Of a stretch of DNA of 64,000 bases, positions 38,901 to 48,959 are shown piece by piece. Made by a program: the position numbers and the translations under genes. Origin of the DNA: Thermoplasmata archaeon (GTDB taxonomy: Archaea > Thermoplasmatota > Thermoplasmata > GCA-020350865); the NCBI GenBank assembly GCA_020348445.1, contig CP070751.1, positions 703,116 through 767,115 on the forward strand, given 5' to 3'. The stretch's first letter is position 1, and each line of letters begins with the position of its first letter. The notes under the pieces are model-generated. The model did no database searches and was not told the DNA's origin. It saw only the letters and a list, made by a program, of their open reading frames with translations.

Positions 38901-41900
38901 GTGACAAATGGAGTATATGTCGGGACCACGGGGGCCACAGTATGGCTCAACGTCAGCTATGATGTATTTAATGATAGTGTCCAATATGATGTGCTCTCCC
39001 CGACTGTGGATTATATGGAGATCACAGACACTCCTGGGGGAACACCACTTGGAGATAAAACAGTTATACTGGGCTTTTCTGAGTGGGGCAACTGTTCGTT
39101 GTACAACAATTCAATAGGCTACTTTAAATCCGAGGATGCCGAATGGAGCGCTTTTGGAGGCAACTCAACCCTTCTCAATGTAACACCCACGGTGATGAAT
39201 GGTATCTACGTGGGTACAATTCCAGGAACCACAGTGTGGTTGAACGCTTCATATTATGATGGAAACAACTGGCACAACGACTCCGTTGTATACATTATCC
39301 CAACTGTGGACTACATAAACATCACGGACGCTCCTGATGGTACCACACTTTCAGGTGGAATCGTTCCAGTTTCATACCAAGAGTGGGGCTACTGTTCGGG
39401 TTACAACATTACCGAGGGTTATATTGGGATTGTATATTCAGACTGGACTACTTTCGGTGGGGCTTCTTTGCTTCTCGGAACCACACCGGCAACGTTAAAT
39501 GGCATTGATGTGGGTGGCACAGCAGGTTTTGTATGGCTCAATGCAAGCTTCCAAGGACACAATGCCAGCGTGAAATACAATGTGAGCACGGCTACTATTG
39601 ACTATATCAGAATCACGGATGTTTCTGGGGGGACTCCGCTTATGGGAGGAATTGTACCTATTGGCTTTTTGGAATGGGGCAACTGCTCGGCTTATAATGA
39701 TACTATAGGCTTCCTCTACGCGGTGAGCGCTGACTGGACTGCAGAAGGCGGAACCTCTCAGCTCCTCAATGTGACAACTCCAAAAATAAGAAACGGAATC
39801 GATGTAGGATCAACACTAGGATTTGTTTGGCTCAATGCCAGCTACAATGGGCATACGTACAGTGTCCGGTATAACGTTACCCTACCAACTCTGGATTATG
39901 TGGAGATCACGGATACACCAGGTGGAACGCCACTTGAGGATGGAATAGTACCCTTAGACTATCAGGAATGGGGCAATTTTTCGTTGTATAACGATACCAT
40001 AGGCTACTATGGGATAGTTGCCGCTAATTGGACAGCCCAGGGTGGCTTGTCATCCCTTCTTGATATCCCTCAAGCTGTAATGAACGGAATCGATGTTGGC
40101 AATACCTCAGGAACTGTTTGGCTCAATGCATCATATTATGATGGAATTAACTGGTATAACGATTCTGTAATTTACATTATTCCAACTATAGATTACATAG
40201 ATATCACAGATATTCCTAATGGGACTCCTCTATCAGGCGGTGTGGTCCCCATGGGATTTGAGCAATGGGGCAACTGTTCTGCATACAACGATACAGAAGG
40301 TTTTATAGGGACAGTTGCTGCAGATTGGACTGCTCAGGGTGGAGGTGCTACGCTTCTTGGTCCAACACCTGGGCACAGAAACGGCATATATGTGGGTATT
40401 ACGATAGGAACCACATGGCTTAATGCGAGTTACCTCGGGCTTAATGACAGTGTAGTGTACATAATCCCATCACCGTACGATTTCATTAATATTACAGATA
40501 TCCCAGACGGGACACCGCTTGTAAATAAGACTGTTCCAGTGGGTTATATTGAATGGGGCAATTGTTCTTTATACAATCTCACTGCAGGTTTTATAGGTGT
40601 AGTGGATGCAGACTGGACAGTTGAGGGTGGAAATGCGACACTTCTTGGTAGTTCGCCCAATATAATGAACGGGATCGATGTGGGGACCATCCCGGGTTTC
40701 GTATGGTTGAACGCCAGCTATTATGGGATAAACGACAGTGTCCGTTTCTATGTTATTTCGCCAACTGTGGACTATATAAGAATTACAGACGTCCCTGATG
40801 GGACATCACTTGCAGGCGGTAATGTCCCGGTAGGCTTTATAGAATGGGGCAACTGCTCAGCTTACAACAATACAGTTGGTTACATGGGCACCCTTAATGC
40901 GAACTGGACTGCCGAGGGCGGCACGTCAATACTTATCGGTAGTTCTCAAGGCCATGGAAATGGAATAGATGTGGGTTTAAGTGAGGGAGAAGTATGGTTC
41001 AATGCATCGTACTTTGATGGAGTCGACTGGCACTACGATTCTGTAATATATATCTTGACACCAACTGTAGATTACATACAAATTACAGACATCCCCGATG
41101 GCTATATCTTGGGAGGTGGAATTGTGCCCATAAACTTTTCAGAATGGGGCAACTGCTCGGCGTACAACAATACAGCCGGTTTCCTTCAGGTCATGATCGC
41201 TAATTGGACTGTCGTGGGTGGAAATGCTATACTTACTGGTTCGGCACAGGCTGCATACAGCGGAATAGATGTTGGTACAGTACCAGGTTTAGTATGGTTC
41301 AATGCGTCCTACGATGTATACAACGCCAGCATTCAATATGAAGTCCTCTCCCAACAGGTGGATAGAATAGAAATAACGGACATCCCCAACGGTACGAATC
41401 TTACCGGTGGTTTTGTGATGCTGGGCTTTGTAGAATGGGGTAACTGCTCTGCATACAATGATACAGGGGATTATATAGGCACCGTCAATGCGAGATGGAC
41501 TGTCGAAGGTGGATCTGCGCAACTTCTAGGACCTTCACCTGCCAAGATGAATGGAATCGACGGTGGCTTCACACCTGGAACAATTTGGTTTAAAGCATCA
41601 TATTATGATGGAACCAAATGGCACAACGATTCAGTGATGTACATCATACTAATAGTGGATAGAATAGAAATAACAGATACTCCAAACGGAACGATCCTCG
41701 AAGGTGGCCTTGTGATGGTGGGCTTTTTAGAATGGGGTAACTGCTCGGCTTACAATGACACAGAAGGTTTTATCAGCACAGTAATAGCAAATTGGACAGT
41801 AGAAGGCGGTTTGGCACAACTCCTTGGACCCACACCCTCTGAGACGAACGGAATTGATATTGGCACCACTCCAAGCATTGTTTGGTTTAATGCAAGTTAT

Positions 41901-43736
41901 AATGGGCACAAAACAAATGTCGTCTATGTTCTGGCTTTGCCTTCTTCGCCACAGAATGTTAGCAAGGACTCAGGAAAATCTTTTATTCATCTATCTTGGA
42001 AAGCTCCTGAATCTAATGGAAGCGCCCCGATTACAGGTTATATAATTTACAGGGGTGATGCAGCAGATAATCTGACTAAAGTAACTGAAGTTGTAGATAT
42101 ATTTGATTACAATGATACCGGCGTGGTAAACGGCGTTACATACTACTATGCCGTGAGCGCAAACACCAACATTGGTGAAGGACCAAAATCCGATGCGATC
42201 CCTATTACGGCAGGATTAGTGCCATCTGCGCCATATGATTTAATGGTAACGCCAGGTACTGATCAAATAACCCTCACTTGGAAGGCTCCACTTGCTGATG
42301 GGGGGCTTAATATAACCAACTATCAGATATACAGGGGATATAATCCAAACGAAATAACGTTTTGGGAAAAGATTGGAAATGTAACGAGCTATACCGACTT
42401 TTTGGTGTTCAATGAGACTATCTATTACTACCAGGTGCAGGCAGTAAATGATCTAGGGGCTGGCCTATTATCTAATGCCGATAGTGCGGAGCTTATGGGT
42501 CTTCCTTCTGAACCAACGACATTAATTGCCACAGCAGGAGATTCTGTTGTTCACCTATCTTGGGGTGCCCCACATTTAATACGCGGTTCTGCCGTCACAA
42601 ATTACAGGATCTATAAAGGCGAATCACCAGATGATATGCCAACGATCATCGATATCGATGATTCCCTATTCTATGACGATTACGATGTAACAAATAATAT
42701 CACCTATTACTACAAAGTGTCGGCGATAAACGCAATAGGGGAAGGTCCATTTTCGAATGTGGACGATGCCACACCAACTGTCCCTCCCCTACCTGTAAAT
42801 ATGATCCCCACATGCACGATCTCCACGCCATCTACAGAAGCCGTAGTAAATGGTACGATTTTAATAAATGGAACTGCATCTGACAGTGATGGTACAATCC
42901 AATTAATTCAAATAAGAATTGACGAAAATGATTGGATAAATATAACAGGTAACGAATCTTGGAGTTATGAATTGGACACAACTGAATTACCCAATGGTAG
43001 ACACAGTATAGCGGTAAGGTCATTTGATGGTGAGGATTACTCCCCAGCTGCCTCCATAAGTATTATTGTGGACAATCCTCCATCTCCGAAAGAGAAGTCC
43101 TTCTTCGAAGAAGCAGGACCTTGGCTCTTGCTTGTGGTCATCATTATACTTCTTCTTATATTGCTCCTACTTATATTAAGAAGAAGAAAGAAAGAAGAGG
43201 GAGAGGAGGAAGAGGAGGAACTTGAAGAGGAAGAAGAGGAGGAGCTTGATGAGGATTTGGTTGAGGAGTTACTGGAAGAGGATGAAGAGGAGCCCGAAGA
43301 GGAATTAGATGAGGATTTTTTAGATGAAGAGGAGCCTGAGGAGGAACTCGAAGAGGAACTTATGGAGGAAGAAGAGGAAGAATTGGAGGATGAAGAAGAG
43401 CCAAAGGAGGAATTAAAAGAAGAAGAGTTGGATGAGGAGGCCGGTGAGGAGGCGGAAGAAGAGGCACCAAAAGAGGAATTGGAAGGGGAAGGATTAAAGA
43501 AAGAAGCAGAGGTAGATGAGGAACTGAAACCTCTTGGATACGAAGGAGCTACAGAGGACAAAGAAGAATCTGAGAAGGTGTCAGATGAAGAGGAAGCCGA
43601 ATCTGATAAAAAGGCTTCTTCAGAGGAAGAGAAAGGTGAAGATGAGACGGAAGTATTCGAGTGCCCTGAATGCGGGGCCAACATCTCCTCAACAGATTCT
43701 GTGTGTCCAAAATGCGGGACTGAATTCGTAGATTAA
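35985..43736 (+). CDS. Giant surface protein (~2,583 aa): NosD-like beta-helix, lamin-tail domain, papain-like/C39-like cysteine peptidase, 11 repeats, 3 Fn3, Ig-like domain, TM, Glu-rich tail, zinc ribbon
   Basis: GGAGGAGGG SD before ATG 35985; IQDAINAS..GDTILVYNGTYYENIVVNK; ITEIMKNP..EWFEIYN; YCGPTA..GHIVTV..ISDP; Fn3 PSSPQN/PSAPYDL/PSEPTTL; TM at ~43120-43180. Confidence 0.85.
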   Translation: MSMERTFKTVIIVCSLVFAGLFGIISLETEIASAGTILHVRGGPPGNYSNIQDAINASSDGDTILVYNGTYYENIVVNKTINLIGAHWSNTTIVGDGTGDVVYVNRSWVNITGFTITNGGPAPGDAGVELDTVNNCNISFCNISDNLGDGIFVSTSTNNNINNNSVHDNEYGIFLGQAPDNILRDNTIDNNAYNFGVRGLAVLDYHQDIDISNTINGKPIYYIIGQSGLVFDETTPVGYLGLISCENIEVKNLVLTNNYHGILLVNTTNSTITNLTLFDNYYGAYLYLNSINNSITDSYIHDNFWVGIGLEFSHDNRIEWNMISNNDYGLRFLVTVNNTIYQNYIQDNNYGIYLGSSINITVYHNNLINNTIQAMDDEINKWNIAPPFGGNFWSDWYFPDDDCDGFVDYPRIIPISEEAIIITEIMKNPVAVGDTQGEWFEIYNAGTTTVDINDWEIKDSGVIDSHIINNGGPLTIAPGEYLVLGINASYFENGGVLVDYEYSNFVLANLDDEIILMDGLVEMDRVEYDDGTNWPSPTGASMELLDYTKDNNDYTNWQETPPSEPYGMGDYGTPGRDNTGLTHSRDNFAYTYENSWYTGWFNKSVYMNYAPMGMPDFDQREKALRTGQDYWKTINAGQNGVLDSGPLTGDDVLVNSSAGQNNVSIAPGANHVIDTPLGGDDTLEYSYCGPTAAVNGLWWLDSKFADPIGTQGDGNDDHSLVPDLGGGDDHARDNVQFLIEELAELFKTNETGSTTVSNMVDGLNQWFDLQGQRINYTAHSISWPMWEKVAEEVRKCNVAILFLGFYDDEGNRTYGHIVTVSGVNQGGFMIAISDPIKNAANPIADFSSYNDPLNVSHDIYIVLPGPPPIVNPPPSWMLLESYTSGYGFPMPPIYYAVVEEVVIISPIIPTVDYIEITDVPDGTPLTGGIISVGFSEWGNCSLYNNTVGYMGTVNANWTVQGGTSSLLGPTPDVTNGVYVGTTGATVWLNVSYDVFNDSVQYDVLSPTVDYMEITDTPGGTPLGDKTVILGFSEWGNCSLYNNSIGYFKSEDAEWSAFGGNSTLLNVTPTVMNGIYVGTIPGTTVWLNASYYDGNNWHNDSVVYIIPTVDYINITDAPDGTTLSGGIVPVSYQEWGYCSGYNITEGYIGIVYSDWTTFGGASLLLGTTPATLNGIDVGGTAGFVWLNASFQGHNASVKYNVSTATIDYIRITDVSGGTPLMGGIVPIGFLEWGNCSAYNDTIGFLYAVSADWTAEGGTSQLLNVTTPKIRNGIDVGSTLGFVWLNASYNGHTYSVRYNVTLPTLDYVEITDTPGGTPLEDGIVPLDYQEWGNFSLYNDTIGYYGIVAANWTAQGGLSSLLDIPQAVMNGIDVGNTSGTVWLNASYYDGINWYNDSVIYIIPTIDYIDITDIPNGTPLSGGVVPMGFEQWGNCSAYNDTEGFIGTVAADWTAQGGGATLLGPTPGHRNGIYVGITIGTTWLNASYLGLNDSVVYIIPSPYDFINITDIPDGTPLVNKTVPVGYIEWGNCSLYNLTAGFIGVVDADWTVEGGNATLLGSSPNIMNGIDVGTIPGFVWLNASYYGINDSVRFYVISPTVDYIRITDVPDGTSLAGGNVPVGFIEWGNCSAYNNTVGYMGTLNANWTAEGGTSILIGSSQGHGNGIDVGLSEGEVWFNASYFDGVDWHYDSVIYILTPTVDYIQITDIPDGYILGGGIVPINFSEWGNCSAYNNTAGFLQVMIANWTVVGGNAILTGSAQAAYSGIDVGTVPGLVWFNASYDVYNASIQYEVLSQQVDRIEITDIPNGTNLTGGFVMLGFVEWGNCSAYNDTGDYIGTVNARWTVEGGSAQLLGPSPAKMNGIDGGFTPGTIWFKASYYDGTKWHNDSVMYIILIVDRIEITDTPNGTILEGGLVMVGFLEWGNCSAYNDTEGFISTVIANWTVEGGLAQLLGPTPSETNGIDIGTTPSIVWFNASYNGHKTNVVYVLALPSSPQNVSKDSGKSFIHLSWKAPESNGSAPITGYIIYRGDAADNLTKVTEVVDIFDYNDTGVVNGVTYYYAVSANTNIGEGPKSDAIPITAGLVPSAPYDLMVTPGTDQITLTWKAPLADGGLNITNYQIYRGYNPNEITFWEKIGNVTSYTDFLVFNETIYYYQVQAVNDLGAGLLSNADSAELMGLPSEPTTLIATAGDSVVHLSWGAPHLIRGSAVTNYRIYKGESPDDMPTIIDIDDSLFYDDYDVTNNITYYYKVSAINAIGEGPFSNVDDATPTVPPLPVNMIPTCTISTPSTEAVVNGTILINGTASDSDGTIQLIQIRIDENDWINITGNESWSYELDTTELPNGRHSIAVRSFDGEDYSPAASISIIVDNPPSPKEKSFFEEAGPWLLLVVIIILLLILLLLILRRRKKEEGEEEEEELEEEEEEELDEDLVEELLEEDEEEPEEELDEDFLDEEEPEEELEEELMEEEEEELEDEEEPKEELKEEELDEEAGEEAEEEAPKEELEGEGLKKEAEVDEELKPLGYEGATEDKEESEKVSDEEEAESDKKASSEEEKGEDETEVFECPECGANISSTDSVCPKCGTEFVD
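38709..41937 (+). repeat. 11 tandem ~96-100 aa intragenic repeats (consensus PTVDYIxITDxPxGTxLxGGxVxxGFxEWGNCSAYNxTxGxxGxVxAxWTxxGGxxxLLGxxPxxxNGIDVGxxxGxVWLNASY)
   Basis: Counted directly in the translation of 35985-43736; the DNA motif gaatggggcaactg recurs about every 290-300 nt. Confidence 0.9.
43190..43655 (+). repeat. Low-complexity GAR-rich (poly-Glu) coding tract
   Basis: About 150 codons dominated by GAA/GAG/GAT immediately after the TM helix. Confidence 0.85.
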
Positions 43737-43780
43737 TAATATAAGATGTTTGAGGAAAAAGATTAAAGGGAGGCTTAAAA

Positions 43781-44305
43781 ATGCAGGTATACAGATGTAA
43801 GATATGCGGTGATCCATACCTAGGGGAAGAGAAGCCCACGAACTGTCCTTTCTGTGGAGCCCCGGCAGAGTACATGATATTTGCAATGGATTGGAGGGAT
43901 CCTGCAATCGAGGATTTATCAAGTATTTCAAAGCAGAACCTCGAAATTGCCCTTGAGCTTGAGACTGAAAACACGAAATTTTATATGTGCGCATCAGAAA
44001 TGACCTCTAATGTTGAGGGAAAGCAGTTGTTTCGTGCCTTGTCCAAGATCGAAAGTGAGCACGCCTCAGTGATAGCAAAGATTCTCAGGGTAAAAAAACC
44101 CCAGGTAGAACTGGATAAACTGGCCTGCTACCCTTCTTACAAGGATAATCTCAAAGATGCTCAAGATAGGGAGGAGAGGGCAATAAAAGAATACAGCAAG
44201 TTCTTCAAGGATGCAAAGGAACCCAGGCTAAAGGAGATATTCCAAGCCTTGGCCATGATCGAAAAGGATCACCTGACGCTTGCAAAGGAGAGGTTGAAGG
44301 GGTAG
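43781..44305 (+). CDS. Rubrerythrin-family protein (N-terminal rubredoxin-like CxxC/CxxC + ferritin-like domain)
   Basis: CKICG..CPFCG; diiron-type motifs ALELE..FY, IESEH, REERA..Y, IEKDH; GGAGG SD. Confidence 0.85.
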   Translation: MQVYRCKICGDPYLGEEKPTNCPFCGAPAEYMIFAMDWRDPAIEDLSSISKQNLEIALELETENTKFYMCASEMTSNVEGKQLFRALSKIESEHASVIAKILRVKKPQVELDKLACYPSYKDNLKDAQDREERAIKEYSKFFKDAKEPRLKEIFQALAMIEKDHLTLAKERLKG

Positions 44306-44425
44306 GTTTTTCGATAACTTTTTATTTTTATTCACGTATTTATGTTATCATCCTAAATAATAGAAGCGTGCCATACATTACTATTAAGTATCAAAACAAC
44401 GATTCTCTAGACTGGAGGGTATCAA

Positions 44426-44596
44426 ATGGTAGAATATCCAATATGTCCAAAGTGTGAGACGAGCCTTAACAACAACATCGGCCATTTTTTTGATTATGTT
44501 CCTGATGGACACGGCGGAACAATACAGATTTCAATTGATTTTTGTATAAGCTGCGGCTATCCCATAACATCCAAATCTGGTAAAAAAGTTAAGTAG
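44426..44596 (+). CDS. Small zinc-finger-like protein (56 aa, not in ORF track)
   Basis: MVEYPICPKCETSLNNNIGHFFDYVPDGHGGTIQISIDFCISCGYPITSKSGKKVK; GGAGGG SD. Confidence 0.7.
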   Translation: MVEYPICPKCETSLNNNIGHFFDYVPDGHGGTIQISIDFCISCGYPITSKSGKKVK

Positions 44597-44712
44597 AAAA
44601 AAAGAGTGGTAATAATCAAGATTTGGGACAAATATGAGAGCCTAGGGGTACTAAAAGAACAGCAACAGTAATAAACTCATTATACTATACGGGTTTTAGG
44701 GGGAGAGTCTAA

Positions 44713-47700
44713 GTGAAGTTCATCAAGATTAGAGCAGTATTCTTAATTCTCAGTTTGATATTCAGTATATTCATATTCATTCCAATGAAGGTAATGAAAG
44801 CCGATGGGGGATCTATAGATGTGGTAATTAATGAGATCATGCATGACCCGCTGGGAATTGAAGTGGATGAAGAATATATTGAGCTTTACAATAATGGAAG
44901 TACCACCGTAAACCTTGAAAACTGGACGTTAACCGATCAGGATGGTCCTGGGTACGATTTCACTTTTCCGAATATAGATTTTCCTCCAATGACCTACATG
45001 ATACTGCACACTGGAGAAGGCTTAAATGATACAGATTTCTCTGATGGTGTTGCACATTTCTATCTCTGGAAAACTTCTGGAATATGGGGTCCATACGAAG
45101 ATGATGTACTTTTAAAAAATGATACAGGAATAGGAATTGATTATGTTGCATATGGTGACGAAGGTCTGGTAGATCCCCCTCCTGCTGACCTAACTTGGAG
45201 TGGATCAAATCCTTCTGCCGTTGAAGGTGACTCCATATCCCTTCATCCAAATGGCTATGACAGTGATTCAGGATTAAGTTGGGAGAGATCGGATCCAACA
45301 CCTGGGAGGACAAATGCACATCTATATGATGATCCCCCAGAGATAATGGAAGTAAGACATACTCCCTTAAATCCAACAACCTCGGAAGGCGTGACAATAA
45401 TTACAAATGTTTCAGATGATTATTATTTAGAAACTGTAACCTTGATGTACAATGTCGATGGTTCTGGTTATACCTCATTACCCATGATATTTGAGAGCAT
45501 GAATTACTCAGTTCAACTTCCAGCGCAGACCGAAGGTACAATAGTCGAGTACTACATCCTGGCAATTGACGATGCACAGCAAAACTCAACTACCCAAGTT
45601 CATTCCTTTGCCCATAGTGATTTACCCATTTCCGTAGTTATCAACGAGTTCCTCCCCGATCCAGAGAGTGACTGGAACTGTGATGGATATTTTGATAGTG
45701 ATGATGAGTGGATAGAACTCTACAACCCAGGAGACTTGGTTGTCAATATCGGAGGATGGAAGATCGATGATGCACTGGGCAGTGTAGGCTCATCTGATCC
45801 ATTCACTATTCCGCAAGGAATAAGTATTGGACCTAGAGAATTTCTTGTATTCTATGGAAATGACACCGGGATATTGTTGAACAACAATGGGGATAATGTC
45901 ACCTTACTAAATGAAACTGATACGATAATCGATGTTCACACCTATTATACAAGCAAGGACGACACCACATGCGGGAGATTTCCGGACGGCACAGATGAAA
46001 TAAAGGGTTTCCTTCTTCCAACTCCAGGCTACCAAAACCAATATACAGTGGATTCACTGCAAAATGTATCCTACATAAAGATAAACGAATTTCTGCCCAC
46101 GCCAAAGACGGTCTTTTCCAATGAATGGATCGAACTCTATAATGCCGGTACAACTCCTGTTAGACTTGACGGCTTGTGGCTCGATGATATATTGGATAGC
46201 GGCACCAAACCGTGGCAGATTCCTTTGAGCACCACAATCCAACCGCAGCATGTAATACTTTTCAACAGGAGCTTTGGATTGAACAATGCAGGTGATACAG
46301 TTAATCTCTTATATGTAGATGGCACAACAGTTATTGACAGTTATTGCTATGACACGAGTGAGTACGACATCTCATTTGGCAGGAGCAGCGATGGGGAAGA
46401 GTCCTGGATTAGTTTCAGCCACCCAACACCCAATCAACTCAACACACCATTTGAGGAGCCCAGCTTTCAAGAAAGGAGCATTATAATAATAGAGCTTTTT
46501 TACAGAAGCACAGAAGAAGAATTTCTATGCCTTTTCAATCCATCTGAAACCCATGTCAACATCGGCGGATGGCGAATTTCGGACGGACAGGGTTCCTATT
46601 CTGGTACCATCATATTTCCCGAAGGCACTATTATGGATTCAAAGGACCATATCTATGTTGCCAGCAGTGCTGTCATCTTTTATAACATTATGAATTTCTA
46701 TCCCGATTTCGAGTATGGTAACTCTTCAGATGCTGTCCCAGAAATGATAAAAAGGGAGATACCGAGCTTTTCAGTCTCAAAAGACGAGGCATTGCTCTTG
46801 GACGTTTTCGGGAATCTAATCGATATCGTGGTGTACGGGGATTCTGAATACAAAGATATAGGTTGGACAGGCTCCCCTATCAACGATGCGAAAAAAGGCG
46901 AAATACTGAAGAGAAATTATGATGAAATAAATAAGGATTATTTAGATACCAATTCCTCTCTAGATTGGGAACATATAAGGCATTATAAGCCAGGCCAAAC
47001 TGATTTCGAGTATGAGACCTTTACATATAACGGTAAAATGACCCTGTTCTCATCCCCTGATTCCAGTTATGATACCGTAGTTTGTGAAATTGAAGGTGCA
47101 CAGAATACGATCTACATAAGCTTGTATCAATTTACAAATTGGAACATTAGCGAGAAAATAATAGAGAAGTTGAATGCCAATGTGGATGTGAAGATTCTCA
47201 TGGAAGGCGGCCCAGCTGACGGAATCGCCCAGGAGCAGAAATATATTCTCTCGAAGATTGTAGAAAATGGTGGAGACGTCAGATTCATGGTTACCAACTC
47301 CACACTTGGAGCAAGATACCGCTATGTACATGCCAAATATGCCATAATAGATGATAAGAAAGTGATAATTTCGTCTGAGAATTGGAAATACACGGGCTTA
47401 CCAGTGGACAATACATACGGAAATAGGGGTTGGGGAGTGGTTATTGAAAATACCGATGTGGCAGGATATTTTACAGATGTCTTTTTAGCTGATTGGAGTT
47501 CAGTTGGCTACGACATACTACCTTTCACACCTGATGATCCGACCTACGGAAATCCGTCCTCTAATTTTGAATTAGATGATTGGATTGAATATGGTTATTA
47601 TGACCCGATCTTTACAAATGTAACGTTGGAAGGGGAATTTACAGTATCTCCTGTTATATCCCCTGACACGTCTCTCTTGGAGAATGAAGCGATTCTCGGT

Positions 47701-48522
47701 GCCATAAAATCTGCTGAGGAATCCATTTACATTGAGCAGCTTGATTGCCACCTCAATTGGAACGAGGATGAGTTTGAATATGAGAATCTATTTCTTACGG
47801 CTGCTATAGAAGCGGCAGAAGAAAGGCATGTGGATGTGAGGATTCTGTTGTCATCAAAGTACGCTTTTTCCGATGATACAGACCTTGATAATTACGATAC
47901 ATATGACTATATCAACAAGTATGCACAAAACCATAACATTACTGATTACCTTGAAGCCAGGCTCGTTGATTACGATACACTGGGTCTTTCGAAAGTTCAC
48001 AACAAGGGCATGATAGTGGATGGTAAATACACCTTGATCTCAAGCATCAACTGGAACAGGAATTCTGTAACACAGAACCGCGAGGTAGGGGTGATCATCG
48101 AAAGCGATGAGGTAGCTGATTACTTTACCCAGATTTTCCTTTGGGACTGGAACGAGCCACCTTTGGCTAAAATCGAAGTCAACACGACCGCAAGGGCATC
48201 CGAGGTTGTGCAATTCAGGGATTTATCCTTTGATTCAGATGATAATATCATCAGTTATTTCTGGGTTTTTGGGGATGGAACCAATTCCACAGAACCAAAT
48301 CCTACCCACATCTACAAGAAAGAAGGTGTATATGATGTGGTCTTAATAGTGTCCGATGGTCAATATTCTGACAGCTACACCATAACTGTTGTTGTCGGCA
48401 AGGCCGAAGAAGATGATACAGGTGTGAACGCAATCATATATATAGTTCTTTTAATTATCTTTATTATAATAATTGCAATCATAATAGTTTTCATAAGGAG
48501 AATGAGAGAGCTGTTTATCTAA
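44713..48522 (+). CDS. Membrane-anchored extracellular phospholipase D-family enzyme with four lamin-tail domains and a PKD domain
   Basis: Two HKD motifs (HAKYAIID, HNKGMIVD); four INE..EWIELYN..PTPG-type LTDs; PKD YFWVFGDGTNSTEPNPTHIY; C-terminal TM + RR. Confidence 0.87.
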   Translation: MKFIKIRAVFLILSLIFSIFIFIPMKVMKADGGSIDVVINEIMHDPLGIEVDEEYIELYNNGSTTVNLENWTLTDQDGPGYDFTFPNIDFPPMTYMILHTGEGLNDTDFSDGVAHFYLWKTSGIWGPYEDDVLLKNDTGIGIDYVAYGDEGLVDPPPADLTWSGSNPSAVEGDSISLHPNGYDSDSGLSWERSDPTPGRTNAHLYDDPPEIMEVRHTPLNPTTSEGVTIITNVSDDYYLETVTLMYNVDGSGYTSLPMIFESMNYSVQLPAQTEGTIVEYYILAIDDAQQNSTTQVHSFAHSDLPISVVINEFLPDPESDWNCDGYFDSDDEWIELYNPGDLVVNIGGWKIDDALGSVGSSDPFTIPQGISIGPREFLVFYGNDTGILLNNNGDNVTLLNETDTIIDVHTYYTSKDDTTCGRFPDGTDEIKGFLLPTPGYQNQYTVDSLQNVSYIKINEFLPTPKTVFSNEWIELYNAGTTPVRLDGLWLDDILDSGTKPWQIPLSTTIQPQHVILFNRSFGLNNAGDTVNLLYVDGTTVIDSYCYDTSEYDISFGRSSDGEESWISFSHPTPNQLNTPFEEPSFQERSIIIIELFYRSTEEEFLCLFNPSETHVNIGGWRISDGQGSYSGTIIFPEGTIMDSKDHIYVASSAVIFYNIMNFYPDFEYGNSSDAVPEMIKREIPSFSVSKDEALLLDVFGNLIDIVVYGDSEYKDIGWTGSPINDAKKGEILKRNYDEINKDYLDTNSSLDWEHIRHYKPGQTDFEYETFTYNGKMTLFSSPDSSYDTVVCEIEGAQNTIYISLYQFTNWNISEKIIEKLNANVDVKILMEGGPADGIAQEQKYILSKIVENGGDVRFMVTNSTLGARYRYVHAKYAIIDDKKVIISSENWKYTGLPVDNTYGNRGWGVVIENTDVAGYFTDVFLADWSSVGYDILPFTPDDPTYGNPSSNFELDDWIEYGYYDPIFTNVTLEGEFTVSPVISPDTSLLENEAILGAIKSAEESIYIEQLDCHLNWNEDEFEYENLFLTAAIEAAEERHVDVRILLSSKYAFSDDTDLDNYDTYDYINKYAQNHNITDYLEARLVDYDTLGLSKVHNKGMIVDGKYTLISSINWNRNSVTQNREVGVIIESDEVADYFTQIFLWDWNEPPLAKIEVNTTARASEVVQFRDLSFDSDDNIISYFWVFGDGTNSTEPNPTHIYKKEGVYDVVLIVSDGQYSDSYTITVVVGKAEEDDTGVNAIIYIVLLIIFIIIIAIIIVFIRRMRELFI

Positions 48523-48959
48523 GGGGATTGGTTTTGGTGTGCATCTTGGGGCTCTTATTCAGCGGCTATAGCTTACAACTCTTTAAATTCCCTGGATAAA
48601 TCAAATCAGTAAATCTAAAACTTCTTAGGCTATTTGAAAATGCTTTTGCCCTGTATCTATCCCTCCACGATTTGAATTTATGTTCCAGTCTATCATTTTT
48701 CAATAGTTTTTCTACCATCGTAAACAACTTGTATAAAAAGCTTTTGTGAAAATTTACACAGTAAGTTTATATACAACTCTAAATAGTAGAATCTGAGGGT
48801 GAGGTGTAAAATATTACAAGCAATGATAACGAGATAACTTTGGAGGCAACATCTAAATATTAGGTTCGATCCGACCATTAAATTTCGTAATATTTTTTAT
48901 CTCTAATTATCCCTATAGAAATAGTCAGAATGTTGCGATATTTGCGAGGATTGACAGAA

